Under the pieces are notes generated by a model. That model ran no database searches. It had not been told where the DNA came from and saw only the letters and a list, made by a program, of their open reading frames with translations. Positions 37,637-46,602 of a DNA stretch of 64,000 nt are shown piece by piece. This stretch comes from Nannocystales bacterium. Its GTDB lineage: Bacteria; Myxococcota_A; Polyangia; Nannocystales; Nannocystaceae. The stretch's first letter is position 1. Each line of letters begins with the position of its first letter. Made by a program: the position numbers and the translations under genes. The stretch lies in the NCBI GenBank assembly GCA_050633305.1, contig JBOEGF010000015.1, forward strand, positions 96,001 through 160,000. Reading direction: 5' to 3'.

Positions 37637-39712
37637 CTATGCCGGCAACGCGTTCAGCACGATCTGGTCGTACCCGTAGCTTGGGACGCGCTGGTCCTGC
37701 CCACCTCCGAGCCCGAGCACCCACCTGCGCGACTTTGAACCCCTGCCCACGACATCAGACAGGGCCTGTAGTGCCCCCGTCGATGGCGTGAAGCTGAGCA
37801 CGTGCCACGTCTGCTCGTCGCCTTGGCTGTCGGGGCCCAGCTGGGTGTCTGCCGACCCAGAGCCCGCGACGGTGACCCACTGCTGGGCGGCTGAGTCCCA
37901 CACCTCAAGCCCCACCGTCTGCACACTGGACATGTCGGCGGGCGACTCAACCTGGGTCACGACCCCGCGCTCGGTCGTAGCGGGGTAGATGACGCGCTCG
38001 GACAGGGTCTGGCCCTCGTCCTCGGGATTGACGTACCAGGGCTGTCCCATGAGTCCTCTCTGCTGCGTAGCGATGCGTGGTGTGGTGTGGCTGGTGGTGA
38101 CGTGGCCGGTGAGCACGACCACGGTCAGGCCGGACACGTTGGCAACGAGGCTGGTCCCAGAGCCCCCGAAGGTCGCGGAAACTGGCAGAGGGAGGGTGAC
38201 GTCGGCTGCCAGGCTCGCGGCCGAGCTCCCGAACACCCCCGAGACGGAGAGGTTCTGCTCGACGCTGGCGTTCAGGCTGCCTGCGGAGCCTCCGAAGGTG
38301 CCCGCGACGGCAAAGGACGGCGGCGTCCCGAGGTCGACGGTCGCCGAGAGGCTGGATGCCGAGCCCCCGAACGTGCCTGCGGGGTTGGTGAGCAGGTCGA
38401 GATCGAGCGCGCCGCCGCCTGGGCTGCTGAACGTAGCCTCCACGGCGAAGCCAGCAGGCGCGGGCGTCTGCCATGCGATGACCAGGAACTCGGCCGGGAC
38501 GAAAGAGGCGCCCCCTCGGAGCATCCCGACGGAGAAGTCCCCAGACCCGTACGTGTCGACCCGCCCAGTGACCGTGTAGGCCGAGCCGGACACCAGGACC
38601 TCGTGGGACTGCAGCGGGACGAGGGTGATGTCGTCTGCCGCCCCCACGCCGTTGTCGTCCACGCCACGGAAGGTCCCGTTCGGCGGGTGCTCGCTGGCCC
38701 CTTGGACGAGCCGGACGTCTGCAAATTGCGTCGTCTGGGCCTCTGTCTGCCCGAGGTACGAGTGCACAACGTTCGCCTCGCCCGGGTCAGGGACGGCGAT
38801 GGAAAGTCCTGGCAGCGTGAATGGCCCCGTTGCGGCGGTCTCGTTGACCCCTCCGGTGCTCTCCCCCCGGTAGACGTTCACCGAATCGGAGCGGAACGCG
38901 AAGAACCGAACCCGCCGGCCGGGGAAGTTGCCATCGGCGAGCGTGCCCTCGGCCTCGACGCTGAGCCGGTACGTTGTGCCGCTGGTCAGAGCTCGCTCGG
39001 TCACCCACCGATACGAGTGCTGAATCTCGCCCACCGGGAAGCCCTGGTCGCGCTCGTGGAACGTCTCCTGCTGGACCGTGGCGGGCGTCCCATCGGGCCC
39101 GAAGCGACACCGGACCGCGACCTCGTCCGCGTTGACGCTGGTCCCGTCGCCGAAGACCTCGACCGACGCCACGAGGACGTAGTCCCCATCCGAAGCGGGC
39201 GAGAACGTGAGGTCGGTACCGAGCGCGGTCCATCCCGCGGCCGGGGTCGTGACCGCGGCGTCGCTGTTGGCCGATTCTTGGCTCTGGAAGTCCCCGAGGT
39301 CGGCCGTGGGGACCGCGACGATGCTCCCGCTCGAGCATTGGGCGCTCGCGCCACCCGACAGCCCCCGCCCAACGAGCCGGAGCTCGCTCGAGGCGTCGCC
39401 GGTGACCACGAACGCGGACGCAAGCTGACTGCCCCGGCTTGGGTTGCCTGGTCCAAAGCCAGAGAACCGCATCGTCGACGCACCACGGGCGTACGTCGTC
39501 CCACCGAACTCGCACCGGACCTCGGCGCCGTTGTTGTTGTCGCCGTCGTTGGTGACGTTGCAGAACGCCAGCACCAGGTGGTCGCCCACGGCGGGCACAA
39601 CCGTCGTCGCGGCGTCGGCAGCGTCGACCAGCGGGACAACGACGTCCGCCAGTCCAGCGGACAGCACGGCCGTCGAGGTCTGACGGCCGGCAGCTACGGC
39701 GAGAGCGGGCAT
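37637..39712 (-). CDS. Fibre-like virion protein with about 20-aa repeats
   Basis: Beta-rich domains plus repeats of type V.GTFGGSA.SL.A.V. Confidence 0.6.
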   Translation of the reverse strand: MPALAVAAGRQTSTAVLSAGLADVVVPLVDAADAATTVVPAVGDHLVLAFCNVTNDGDNNNGAEVRCEFGGTTYARGASTMRFSGFGPGNPSRGSQLASAFVVTGDASSELRLVGRGLSGGASAQCSSGSIVAVPTADLGDFQSQESANSDAAVTTPAAGWTALGTDLTFSPASDGDYVLVASVEVFGDGTSVNADEVAVRCRFGPDGTPATVQQETFHERDQGFPVGEIQHSYRWVTERALTSGTTYRLSVEAEGTLADGNFPGRRVRFFAFRSDSVNVYRGESTGGVNETAATGPFTLPGLSIAVPDPGEANVVHSYLGQTEAQTTQFADVRLVQGASEHPPNGTFRGVDDNGVGAADDITLVPLQSHEVLVSGSAYTVTGRVDTYGSGDFSVGMLRGGASFVPAEFLVIAWQTPAPAGFAVEATFSSPGGGALDLDLLTNPAGTFGGSASSLSATVDLGTPPSFAVAGTFGGSAGSLNASVEQNLSVSGVFGSSAASLAADVTLPLPVSATFGGSGTSLVANVSGLTVVVLTGHVTTSHTTPRIATQQRGLMGQPWYVNPEDEGQTLSERVIYPATTERGVVTQVESPADMSSVQTVGLEVWDSAAQQWVTVAGSGSADTQLGPDSQGDEQTWHVLSFTPSTGALQALSDVVGRGSKSRRWVLGLGGGQDQRVPSYGYDQIVLNALPA

Positions 39713-39719
39713 CGGGGGC

Positions 39720-40805
39720 CTACGTGGTGCCGGTCAGGTCGAGGACAAGGGCCTCATCTGCCACGGTCGGGGCAACGCCGGAGACAACCTCGGCGCTCTG
39801 CGTTGGGTCCCAGAGCCAGAGGTTGCCCCCGCTGGCTGCGTCGTAGAGACACCAGTAGCCCTGTCCCCACGTTGCCGACGGGACGGGCAGCGAGACGGGC
39901 CCCTGCACGAGGCGTTGACCAGCCGCGGCCGCATCGAACGTGACAGCGGTTCGGCTGTAGTTGGACCCCACCGGTTCGGTGACGTTCGTGCCGTCGAGCG
40001 CTGGAACGGTCGTTGAGAATGCGAGGTAGAGCGTCGCCGGCGGAGCGGTTCCGCCAAGCATTTGGGTAGACGCGTAGGTGCTGGTGGCCATCTTGTTCCC
40101 TGGGGTGCGGTAGGTGATCGAGTGAAACCGGACGCGCAAGTCAGGCGCGGCCGCAGAGCTGTAGGCCATCAGGCCCACTGCGAGAGGTCGGAGCAGCAGC
40201 GGTGAAGGCGAGCCGCGGTAGAGCACGACGAACCGAGTCCAGTCCGCCATGCGGGCCAGCACCTCGAGCGTCGAGCCCACCCGGCGCAGCATCAGGCGGC
40301 AGCGACCGGGCGCCCGCGAGATCGTGTCCCAGACGGTGACGTCGGCGATCGTCCGCTTGTGCTCGAAGACGATGTCGTCGCCACCGTTCGCGCCGCCGGC
40401 CTGTCCGTGCCCTGCGTGAAAGTAGGTGTACTGGTCGACACCCGGGTTCGCGTCCGTCGGATGCGGGAGCAGGTGAGCCGCGGGGCCACCGATCCGGGCG
40501 TGCAGGTTGTGCGTCGGCGGGTCGCCGTCTCCGGCCAGGTTCATCCGCTCGAGGTCGACCTCGACTTCAAAGTCCCCCGCGATGTAGTCCTCGCCCGAGA
40601 CGGGGTCAGACGCGTACATCAGCGGGCCGTCGTCGTCATCGAGCCAGAACATGCCCGCGGTGCCGCCGGTGTTGATGAGGATGTCGAGGACGTCGAGCCC
40701 GTCGGGCCGGTACAGGTAGGACCACGACGCCGCCGCGTTGAAGACCCGCCACTTCGCATCGAGTGCGGGGGCGGTGAAGTCGTCGCTACGGTCGGCCAGG
40801 GCCAC
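39720..40805 (-). CDS. Lectin (ConA)-like domain fused to a small phage structural/fibre domain
   Basis: SDDF..LD.KW N-terminus; C-terminal LYLA..T..P..TE....Y.R..V.F..TWG..LYDAASGGN. Confidence 0.65.
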   Translation of the reverse strand: MALADRSDDFTAPALDAKWRVFNAAASWSYLYRPDGLDVLDILINTGGTAGMFWLDDDDGPLMYASDPVSGEDYIAGDFEVEVDLERMNLAGDGDPPTHNLHARIGGPAAHLLPHPTDANPGVDQYTYFHAGHGQAGGANGGDDIVFEHKRTIADVTVWDTISRAPGRCRLMLRRVGSTLEVLARMADWTRFVVLYRGSPSPLLLRPLAVGLMAYSSAAAPDLRVRFHSITYRTPGNKMATSTYASTQMLGGTAPPATLYLAFSTTVPALDGTNVTEPVGSNYSRTAVTFDAAAAGQRLVQGPVSLPVPSATWGQGYWCLYDAASGGNLWLWDPTQSAEVVSGVAPTVADEALVLDLTGTT

Positions 40806-40838
40806 GCATGGAGATTGGCCGCTCGCGGTGTGCGCTTG

Positions 40839-40991
40839 TCAGGTCCTCAGCGACGAGAGGCGCCGCTTGTACCTGCGCACCCCTTCGTTCTGGCAGGGCT
40901 TGCAACGGTACTGCAGCCCGTCGTGGGCGCTGCTGAGCCGGTAGAACTCCGAAGAGCGCTTGAGCTGCTTGCAGACCCCGCAGCGCTTCAC
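40839..40991 (-). CDS. 50-aa zinc-finger protein (absent from the ORF track)
   Basis: MKRCGVCKQLKRSSEFY...DGLQYRCKPC; GTGA overlap with the upstream gene. Confidence 0.7.
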   Translation of the reverse strand: MKRCGVCKQLKRSSEFYRLSSAHDGLQYRCKPCQNEGVRRYKRRLSSLRT

Positions 40992-41233
40992 GGTCCCCCC
41001 AACTTCGAGAACGCCGCGTTTGCGATGTCGGCGGCCTCCATGCCCAACTGCGTCACGCGGTAGTGGTCAGGCTCGGGATGGTCCGATCGGTGGCCAATCA
41101 GGTGCCCGAGGTGGTCATCGCATGCTTCAACCTTGCTTCCGGGCAGGTCGTCGCCATACGTGACGCTGTAGTACGCAGGTTCCTCGCACCTGGACCCCGT
41201 GCGGTCGATGTAGCAACAGCGAGGGTGTGTCAC
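40988..41233 (-). CDS. Small Cys/His phage protein
   Basis: RCCY..RCEEPA..ACDDHL; coupled on both sides. Confidence 0.6.
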   Translation of the reverse strand: MTHPRCCYIDRTGSRCEEPAYYSVTYGDDLPGSKVEACDDHLGHLIGHRSDHPEPDHYRVTQLGMEAADIANAAFSKLGGP

Positions 41234-41463
41234 CGCTCCGACCTCCGCTTCGCCGCAGCGTGCGAGTGGTAGTGCCGCGCCCGGTTCTGGTGCCACCAGC
41301 GGGCGACCCGGCGCCACTTCGGCAGGCTCAGCATCTTGACCTCGTGGAAGTTGGCCCAGTAGCGCGGCTCCTTCCGGCGACTCTTCCGTTCGTTGGCGAT
41401 TTCACGGGTGACGCCGTTGATGACAGCGACCGCCCCGTCCTTTGCTTGTTCTGCGATGCTCAT
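41230..41463 (-). CDS. Basic phage hypothetical protein
   Basis: Start/stop overlaps on both sides. Confidence 0.55.
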   Translation of the reverse strand: MSIAEQAKDGAVAVINGVTREIANERKSRRKEPRYWANFHEVKMLSLPKWRRVARWWHQNRARHYHSHAAAKRRSER

Positions 41464-41681
41464 GCGTTCTTGCTCAGTGCTTCGAGGAGCGAGAGCCGCG
41501 CGGCCTCGCCGAATGCCCTCGCGATCCGCTCTTTGGTCGCGTGGGCGGGAAGGTCTCCGGAGAATGGGAAGGTCTTGCGCGTGCCGTCTGCGAGGTTGAT
41601 GTGGGCGGCGTGGGCCACGAGGACACCGCCGGACTCCGAGCGACCGACATGGCCGATGAGTGAGAGGCCGCGGACCTTCAC
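41460..41681 (-). CDS. Phage hypothetical protein
   Basis: Start/stop overlaps on both sides. Confidence 0.5.
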   Translation of the reverse strand: MKVRGLSLIGHVGRSESGGVLVAHAAHINLADGTRKTFPFSGDLPAHATKERIARAFGEAARLSLLEALSKNA

Positions 41682-42283
41682 GCGGCCCTCGGTCCCGCCG
41701 TTCGGGCGGTGGCGATAAGCATTTCTCGGAACGCGGGCGGTGTGGCACTCGCCGCTTTCTTCCCAAGCCTTGGGCGGTCTTCTCCGCTGGCCACCCGATT
41801 GCCGCACCACGACACCAGCGCGGACGCCTTCTGGTCTGCAACGTATCCCCAGAGCAGCTTGGGCAGTTCCACGCCGTACGCGTAGAGCCAAGTAGCCTTC
41901 TTAGCCGCGTGCCCATACCGCTGTTGTTCGACGTAGCAGGTCCAGCCGCCGCGAAAATCAGCGTTCACCCATCCAGGCCCGCTCGGCGGCGCATTCAGCC
42001 CATGTGCTGCCCATGCGTCGGAGTAAGCCGGGTGCTCAAGGATGCCTCCCCACCGTCGAACAGAGGCAAGCGCCGCAGCGAAGCACCCTCCGTCGTCGCC
42101 CTTCTTGTGTCCCCATCGAGCCTCGACCAACCCGGCCAGTCGACACCATCGCGAGCACGGAGGGTGGGCTACAACCGGGTGCGGTCCGTCGTAAAGCCGA
42201 GCATCTCGCGACTCGGGCCACGGGTCGACACCGTCGAGTCCCGCATAGCAGCCGTCGGCCTGGACGTAGAGCGCAGCAATCAC
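41678..42283 (-). CDS. Minimal C5-cytosine methyltransferase-like protein
   Basis: AHPPC, LEHP, Q..YGH...K.TWL; no canonical FxGxG. Confidence 0.55.
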   Translation of the reverse strand: MIAALYVQADGCYAGLDGVDPWPESRDARLYDGPHPVVAHPPCSRWCRLAGLVEARWGHKKGDDGGCFAAALASVRRWGGILEHPAYSDAWAAHGLNAPPSGPGWVNADFRGGWTCYVEQQRYGHAAKKATWLYAYGVELPKLLWGYVADQKASALVSWCGNRVASGEDRPRLGKKAASATPPAFREMLIATARTAGPRAA

Positions 42284-42897
42284 GCGGGCCTCGACGGGTC
42301 CCGCAGCCCCATGTCGGCGAGCAGCTTCCGGGTCAGCGGATGCCCGTTCCAAGGCCGGCCGAATCGTGTCCGGATGCCCTGCCACGTCCGCAGCCCGTGC
42401 CCCGTGTCGAGATGCACCCGTACGCCGCCGAGTGACCTCGTGCCCCACGTGTAGAGCCCGAGACCGACCTGCAGCTGCTCGCCGTACTCGGCCCAGAACC
42501 GTGCCGCGCACCGGAAGTACTCGGTCGAGCTCCCCCCGATGCGGTCGAGGTCGAGAGCCTTCGCGTACTTGTGTGCGCTTCGGCTGGCCCCACCTCGAGG
42601 TCGGTACGCCGCTGCGACCTTGAGCCCTCGGACGCCGGCCTCTTGAATTGCACGTAGCCGGAACTCGATGGCGAGCCGGAGAGTAAGCGCGAGGTTTGGC
42701 CAATGCCGTAGCGGCGGCATCTGGTGCTTTCGGCCGCCGTTGACCAGCTCGCGGTAGGCGAACCCGTGCCCGAGCAGGTCGAGCCGCGTCAGGTACTGCT
42801 CGAGCGACTCCCCGGGCTCGGGCGAACGAGCGCCGTCGTCGATGTAGCGTTGCAGGCTTTCCACCAGAGTGACCGTGGGCGTGCGCGTCCGGCTCAT
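42280..42897 (-). CDS. Peptidase M15-like endolysin
   Basis: YR...S.H....ALD...VHLD zinc peptidase pattern. Confidence 0.75.
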   Translation of the reverse strand: MSRTRTPTVTLVESLQRYIDDGARSPEPGESLEQYLTRLDLLGHGFAYRELVNGGRKHQMPPLRHWPNLALTLRLAIEFRLRAIQEAGVRGLKVAAAYRPRGGASRSAHKYAKALDLDRIGGSSTEYFRCAARFWAEYGEQLQVGLGLYTWGTRSLGGVRVHLDTGHGLRTWQGIRTRFGRPWNGHPLTRKLLADMGLRDPSRPA

Positions 42898-44267
42898 CCC
42901 TGCCACTCCATCCCCGGCTCGCGGCGGTCGTCACCTTCGCCAGGCACGTCAAGGAATCGGGAGAAGTGCCCCTCGAACCGAACGTTCACCGTCCCGGGCA
43001 CCCCTTCCCGGCACTTCGGGATGATGACCTCGGCTGCCATCGGGTCGGCTCCCTTCTCGTACATCGCCGGGCGGTACAGCATCAGTGCGGTGTCGATGTC
43101 CTGCTCGATGCTCCCGGACTCCCGGAGGTCGGACAGCTTCGGGCGCTTGTCCTCTCGCTTCTCCAGGTCGCGGTTGAGCTGGCACAGCAGCAGCACGGGC
43201 ACCTGCAGCTCTTTGGCCAGGAGCTTCAACTCGCGCGTCACCTTCCCGATGAAGTCGTTCCGCGTCAGCTTCCGGTCGGCGCCAAACGGATCGAGCAACT
43301 GCAGATAGTCGATGATGATGGGCCCCGGCTTCGAGACCTGCCGCCGCCACGACCGAGCTCGCCCGATGAGTTTGTCGATGTGTGCCCGGTCGAAGAACAC
43401 CCGACCCGGCATCCGTTTGAGTTCCTCGACCGCGTGGATCATCGCGTTCCACCCCCGTTGGGTGGTCGGACACTTCACGTCCCGCATGCCGATCTCCTGG
43501 CTGGGGAACGAGGCCGACATCGAAGTGATCTCGCGCCGGCCCATCTGCTCCTCGGACATCTCGAGGGCGAACATCAGCGGGACCTCGCCGCGCATGCCCG
43601 AGGCCTCGAAGGCTCCATAGCCAAGGCAGGTCTTGCCCATCCCGGGGCGCGCGGCGATAACCACGAGGTCGTTCGGCATTGGCCCACCATCCAACTGCTG
43701 GTTGAGCGCTTGGATGTGGAACCCGAACGGCTGCACCTTCCCTTCGGCGCGCTCCCGGGCTTGTTTCAGCGCTCGCTCCGCAACTTCCCCTGGCGACAGC
43801 CACCCGCCCGCGTTGCCGGCCTCGATCGACGCGAGCATCCCTTGGGTCTCGGCGATGAAGTCGTCAACGTCGTCGGCGTCGATGTTCGCGGCCTTGTCCT
43901 GAGCCTCCGCGAGGATGCGTTGGGCTCGTCGGGCCCGAGCCTTGGCCTTGACGATGCTCGCGTGCTCGCCGACGTTCTGCGTGACCGCGTATCGGTCGGC
44001 GAGGTTCCCAAGCGCCTCAAGCCCGCCGACGAGGTTGATGGTCTCGTCCACCTGCAGCTGTTGTTCGAGGGTGACGATGTCCACCGGGTGCCCGCCGTGG
44101 AGCAGGGTCCGAATCGCCGCCCAGATCGCCCCGCTCTTCGGCAGGTGGAAGTCGTCGGGCTGTAGGTCGGACACGCCCTCAACGTCGAAGGCGTCGTTCC
44201 GGAGCAGAACCGCGCCGAGCACTGCGGCCTCGGCCTCGGGGGCTTGCGGGATGCGGGATGGCAACAT
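42894..44267 (-). CDS. dnaB: Phage replicative DNA helicase
   Basis: AARPGMGKT, LEM, IDYLQL, QLNR, RP.LSDLRESGSIEQD. Confidence 0.96.
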   Translation of the reverse strand: MLPSRIPQAPEAEAAVLGAVLLRNDAFDVEGVSDLQPDDFHLPKSGAIWAAIRTLLHGGHPVDIVTLEQQLQVDETINLVGGLEALGNLADRYAVTQNVGEHASIVKAKARARRAQRILAEAQDKAANIDADDVDDFIAETQGMLASIEAGNAGGWLSPGEVAERALKQARERAEGKVQPFGFHIQALNQQLDGGPMPNDLVVIAARPGMGKTCLGYGAFEASGMRGEVPLMFALEMSEEQMGRREITSMSASFPSQEIGMRDVKCPTTQRGWNAMIHAVEELKRMPGRVFFDRAHIDKLIGRARSWRRQVSKPGPIIIDYLQLLDPFGADRKLTRNDFIGKVTRELKLLAKELQVPVLLLCQLNRDLEKREDKRPKLSDLRESGSIEQDIDTALMLYRPAMYEKGADPMAAEVIIPKCREGVPGTVNVRFEGHFSRFLDVPGEGDDRREPGMEWQG

Positions 44268-44330
44268 ACCCGCAAAGACCCGGCCCCTGTTGGGGTGCGG
44301 GCTGGGCCTTGCGGCGGGGGTGGCAGAGGG

Positions 44331-44714
44331 CTACGAGAAGCGGACTTTTGGGGGGCCGCTCTTCGGGTGCGAGTTCTTGCCGAGCTGGCTCACCTGGGCA
44401 AGGAAGTCGCCCATCGGGATGGTGTCCTTTGTCGGCCAGTACGGGGCACGGACGCCCTCGTCGGTGATGTAGAGCTCGAGAGTCTTGGTCTCGGCGCACA
44501 GCGACCCTTGGCCGGTCACGAGGCGGCGGAACGTGTCGTCGACCTCGAGTTCGCTGCGGTTATAGGCCACCTGGCGGATGTAGGTCGCCTCGTTGACCAA
44601 CTCAGTCGGAAGATGGTCCGTACCGCGGCTTCCGCCAGGCCACGCCACGGGGGCGCCCTCTGGCACGCACGCGGGTAGTTCGGAGGTTCGAGTGATGTAG
44701 AAAGCGTTGCTCAT
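44331..44714 (-). CDS. Phage hypothetical protein
   Basis: MSNAFYIT..., coding-like composition. Confidence 0.55.
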   Translation of the reverse strand: MSNAFYITRTSELPACVPEGAPVAWPGGSRGTDHLPTELVNEATYIRQVAYNRSELEVDDTFRRLVTGQGSLCAETKTLELYITDEGVRAPYWPTKDTIPMGDFLAQVSQLGKNSHPKSGPPKVRFS

Positions 44715-44762
44715 ACGCCCTATGCCCCGACCGCTCTCGCGGTACGGGGTAGCCTCTCCGGA

Positions 44763-45086
44763 GTGACTCACCGGATGCCGGACCTTGCCGACGGGGCGTG
44801 CGACGTCTGTGGCGGTGCGCTGGTCGGACCCTACTGGGTGCACGAACGGCAGAAGCTGGTGCACACCAAGTGCCGGGCGTGGGAGTCGGTGGCGTGGCCC
44901 TTTGAAGCCACGCTCAAGACACTGCGAGAGTCGTGGAGCGCGGCCGACCCCGAGGGCCGGGAGCGGATCTCCGCGGTTGGGCTCTGGCTCCGACAGCGGA
45001 AGTCCCGATGGCCGCGGGATGCGACCGAGACTGCGGTGGAGCTCGAGCGGCGGATTGCGGGGCTTGGGCGGCTGGTGCGGGTGTGA
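44763..45086 (+). CDS. Small CxxC...HxxC protein on the opposite strand (moron)
   Basis: CDVC...HTKC; TAGCCT 7 nt before the GTG. Confidence 0.6.
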   Translation: MTHRMPDLADGACDVCGGALVGPYWVHERQKLVHTKCRAWESVAWPFEATLKTLRESWSAADPEGRERISAVGLWLRQRKSRWPRDATETAVELERRIAGLGRLVRV

Positions 45087-45121
45087 CTCATGGGCGGTGA
45101 TTGCTACTAGGCTGTGAGCTG

Positions 45122-45295
45122 TTAGGAGGTGGCTAGCAGCAACCGCCCGGCAGGGTCGGTTCGCGCGAGCACGACGACGGAAGGCGCCGCGTTGAAGTCG
45201 ACGCCAATCACCCACGCTGTCCGAGCCGCCCGCGCCTTGTTGCGTCGTCGGAGCCGGCGATTGCGGGCGCGGTCCTTTCGGGGGTCCCGGCTCAC
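45122..45295 (-). CDS. Small basic protein with a terminase-like VIGVDFN segment
   Basis: GTGA overlap with the upstream gene. Confidence 0.45.
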   Translation of the reverse strand: MSRDPRKDRARNRRLRRRNKARAARTAWVIGVDFNAAPSVVVLARTDPAGRLLLATS

Positions 45296-45594
45296 GTGGT
45301 CTCCCTGCAGGGGTAGAACGTAGTGCTGCCCACGCGCACGCCGTGGGAGCAGCAGACTTCGTCCAGGACGGCGCGCGTGTCGTCCATGCGGTCCACGTGC
45401 ACCGACAGGGTGCACGACACCCAACCAGGGCGCGAGAGTCGGACCCACACGTTCGACGCCCCCGAGGCTTCGAGCTGAGCGGTGATTTCGAGAACCGCCT
45501 GAGCCCTTGCTTTCGCCGACCTGACAGCGGCTTCTGCCACCGCCACTTCACCTTCCCAGAAGTCGACGTCCTGATAGGAGTCGTTGTAGCTCAT
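45292..45594 (-). CDS. Phage hypothetical protein
   Basis: Coupled on both sides. Confidence 0.6.
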   Translation of the reverse strand: MSYNDSYQDVDFWEGEVAVAEAAVRSAKARAQAVLEITAQLEASGASNVWVRLSRPGWVSCTLSVHVDRMDDTRAVLDEVCCSHGVRVGSTTFYPCRETT

Positions 45595-46097
45595 GACCCC
45601 TCACCTTCCTCTCGGGTGAGGGCGTCGACCGCATCCCAGAGAGCCAAGGACTCTGGCGTGGACCACTTCGATCGAGCGCCTTGTCTCTGCCAGGCCATTG
45701 CGGAACCGGTGACCGCCCGCAGCCGGGCTAGCTCATCACCGTGGACCGCGTCGGCAACGATGCGCTCGTAGGCTGCGCCGGCTTCCTGCGCCTCTGCCTG
45801 GCTTGCAAAGTGCGTCTCGCCCTCGAATGAGAACCGTACCCGCCAGTCTCGCTCGCCATCTCCGACGCGTTGGGCCCAAGCGCCGGTTGTGCCGCAGACA
45901 CCTTCCAAGGCCTCTCGGAGCCGGGCGTTCTGCTCGTCCTGCCACTTCGCGTGCTTCTCCGCGGCTTCTCGCATCCTCCGGGCCTCGAACAGCTCGTCGT
46001 GGAGCCGGACGTTTTCCTGTTTCGCCTCGTCCAGCTGGAGCCTGAACTCCTCCGCTCGTTCCGCGTCGGTGAGTCTTCTGCTTCGGGTGTTGCTCAT
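45591..46097 (-). CDS. Phage coiled-coil protein
   Basis: Coupled; heptad-rich. Confidence 0.6.
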   Translation of the reverse strand: MSNTRSRRLTDAERAEEFRLQLDEAKQENVRLHDELFEARRMREAAEKHAKWQDEQNARLREALEGVCGTTGAWAQRVGDGERDWRVRFSFEGETHFASQAEAQEAGAAYERIVADAVHGDELARLRAVTGSAMAWQRQGARSKWSTPESLALWDAVDALTREEGEGS

Positions 46098-46375
46098 GAG
46101 TCTCGTCCTTCGTTCCTGATTCGCGCTGCACATGCCCAGCACCGGCCGTCGTCGTCGAGTTCGGTGTCCGACCAGGGGTCGTCACACTCCGTGCACTCGG
46201 CTTCCTCGTCGACCGTGCAGGGCAGACAAAACCCGTCCTCGAGGTCCGCGGCTGCCCAGAGTCCCCCGCACTCCGAGCACGCCAGCGGGATCGCTCCCAC
46301 TCGGTCGCTCACCGTCGACAGGGCAGCAGAGGCCGCAGAGGTGTCGACCGTCACGGTGATGGTTGGTCGGTTCAC
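46094..46375 (-). CDS. Cys-rich protein with four CxxC pairs
   Basis: CSEC, CLPC, CTEC, CWAC. Confidence 0.6.
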   Translation of the reverse strand: MNRPTITVTVDTSAASAALSTVSDRVGAIPLACSECGGLWAAADLEDGFCLPCTVDEEAECTECDDPWSDTELDDDGRCWACAARIRNEGRDS

Positions 46376-46602
46376 GAGACCCTCCGCGCCATCTCGGCCT
46401 GCAGCGTCTCGACGTCCTTCGCGAGCTTGGCCAACTCGAGGGCGGCACGGAATCCGCGTTGGCGCTCGGCCATGATGCGGCTCGCTGCCTTCGAGCCCTT
46501 TTGTCGGTGTCGGTTGTCCTCCAGTTGAACCGCGAGTTCAAACTCGACGGGCCACAGGAGCTTCGCGAACCGCCGAAACGGGTAGTCGTCATGCCAGTTC
46601 AC
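46372..46602 (-). CDS. Phage hypothetical protein
   Basis: Coupled on both sides. Confidence 0.55.
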   Translation of the reverse strand: MNWHDDYPFRRFAKLLWPVEFELAVQLEDNRHRQKGSKAASRIMAERQRGFRAALELAKLAKDVETLQAEMARRVS

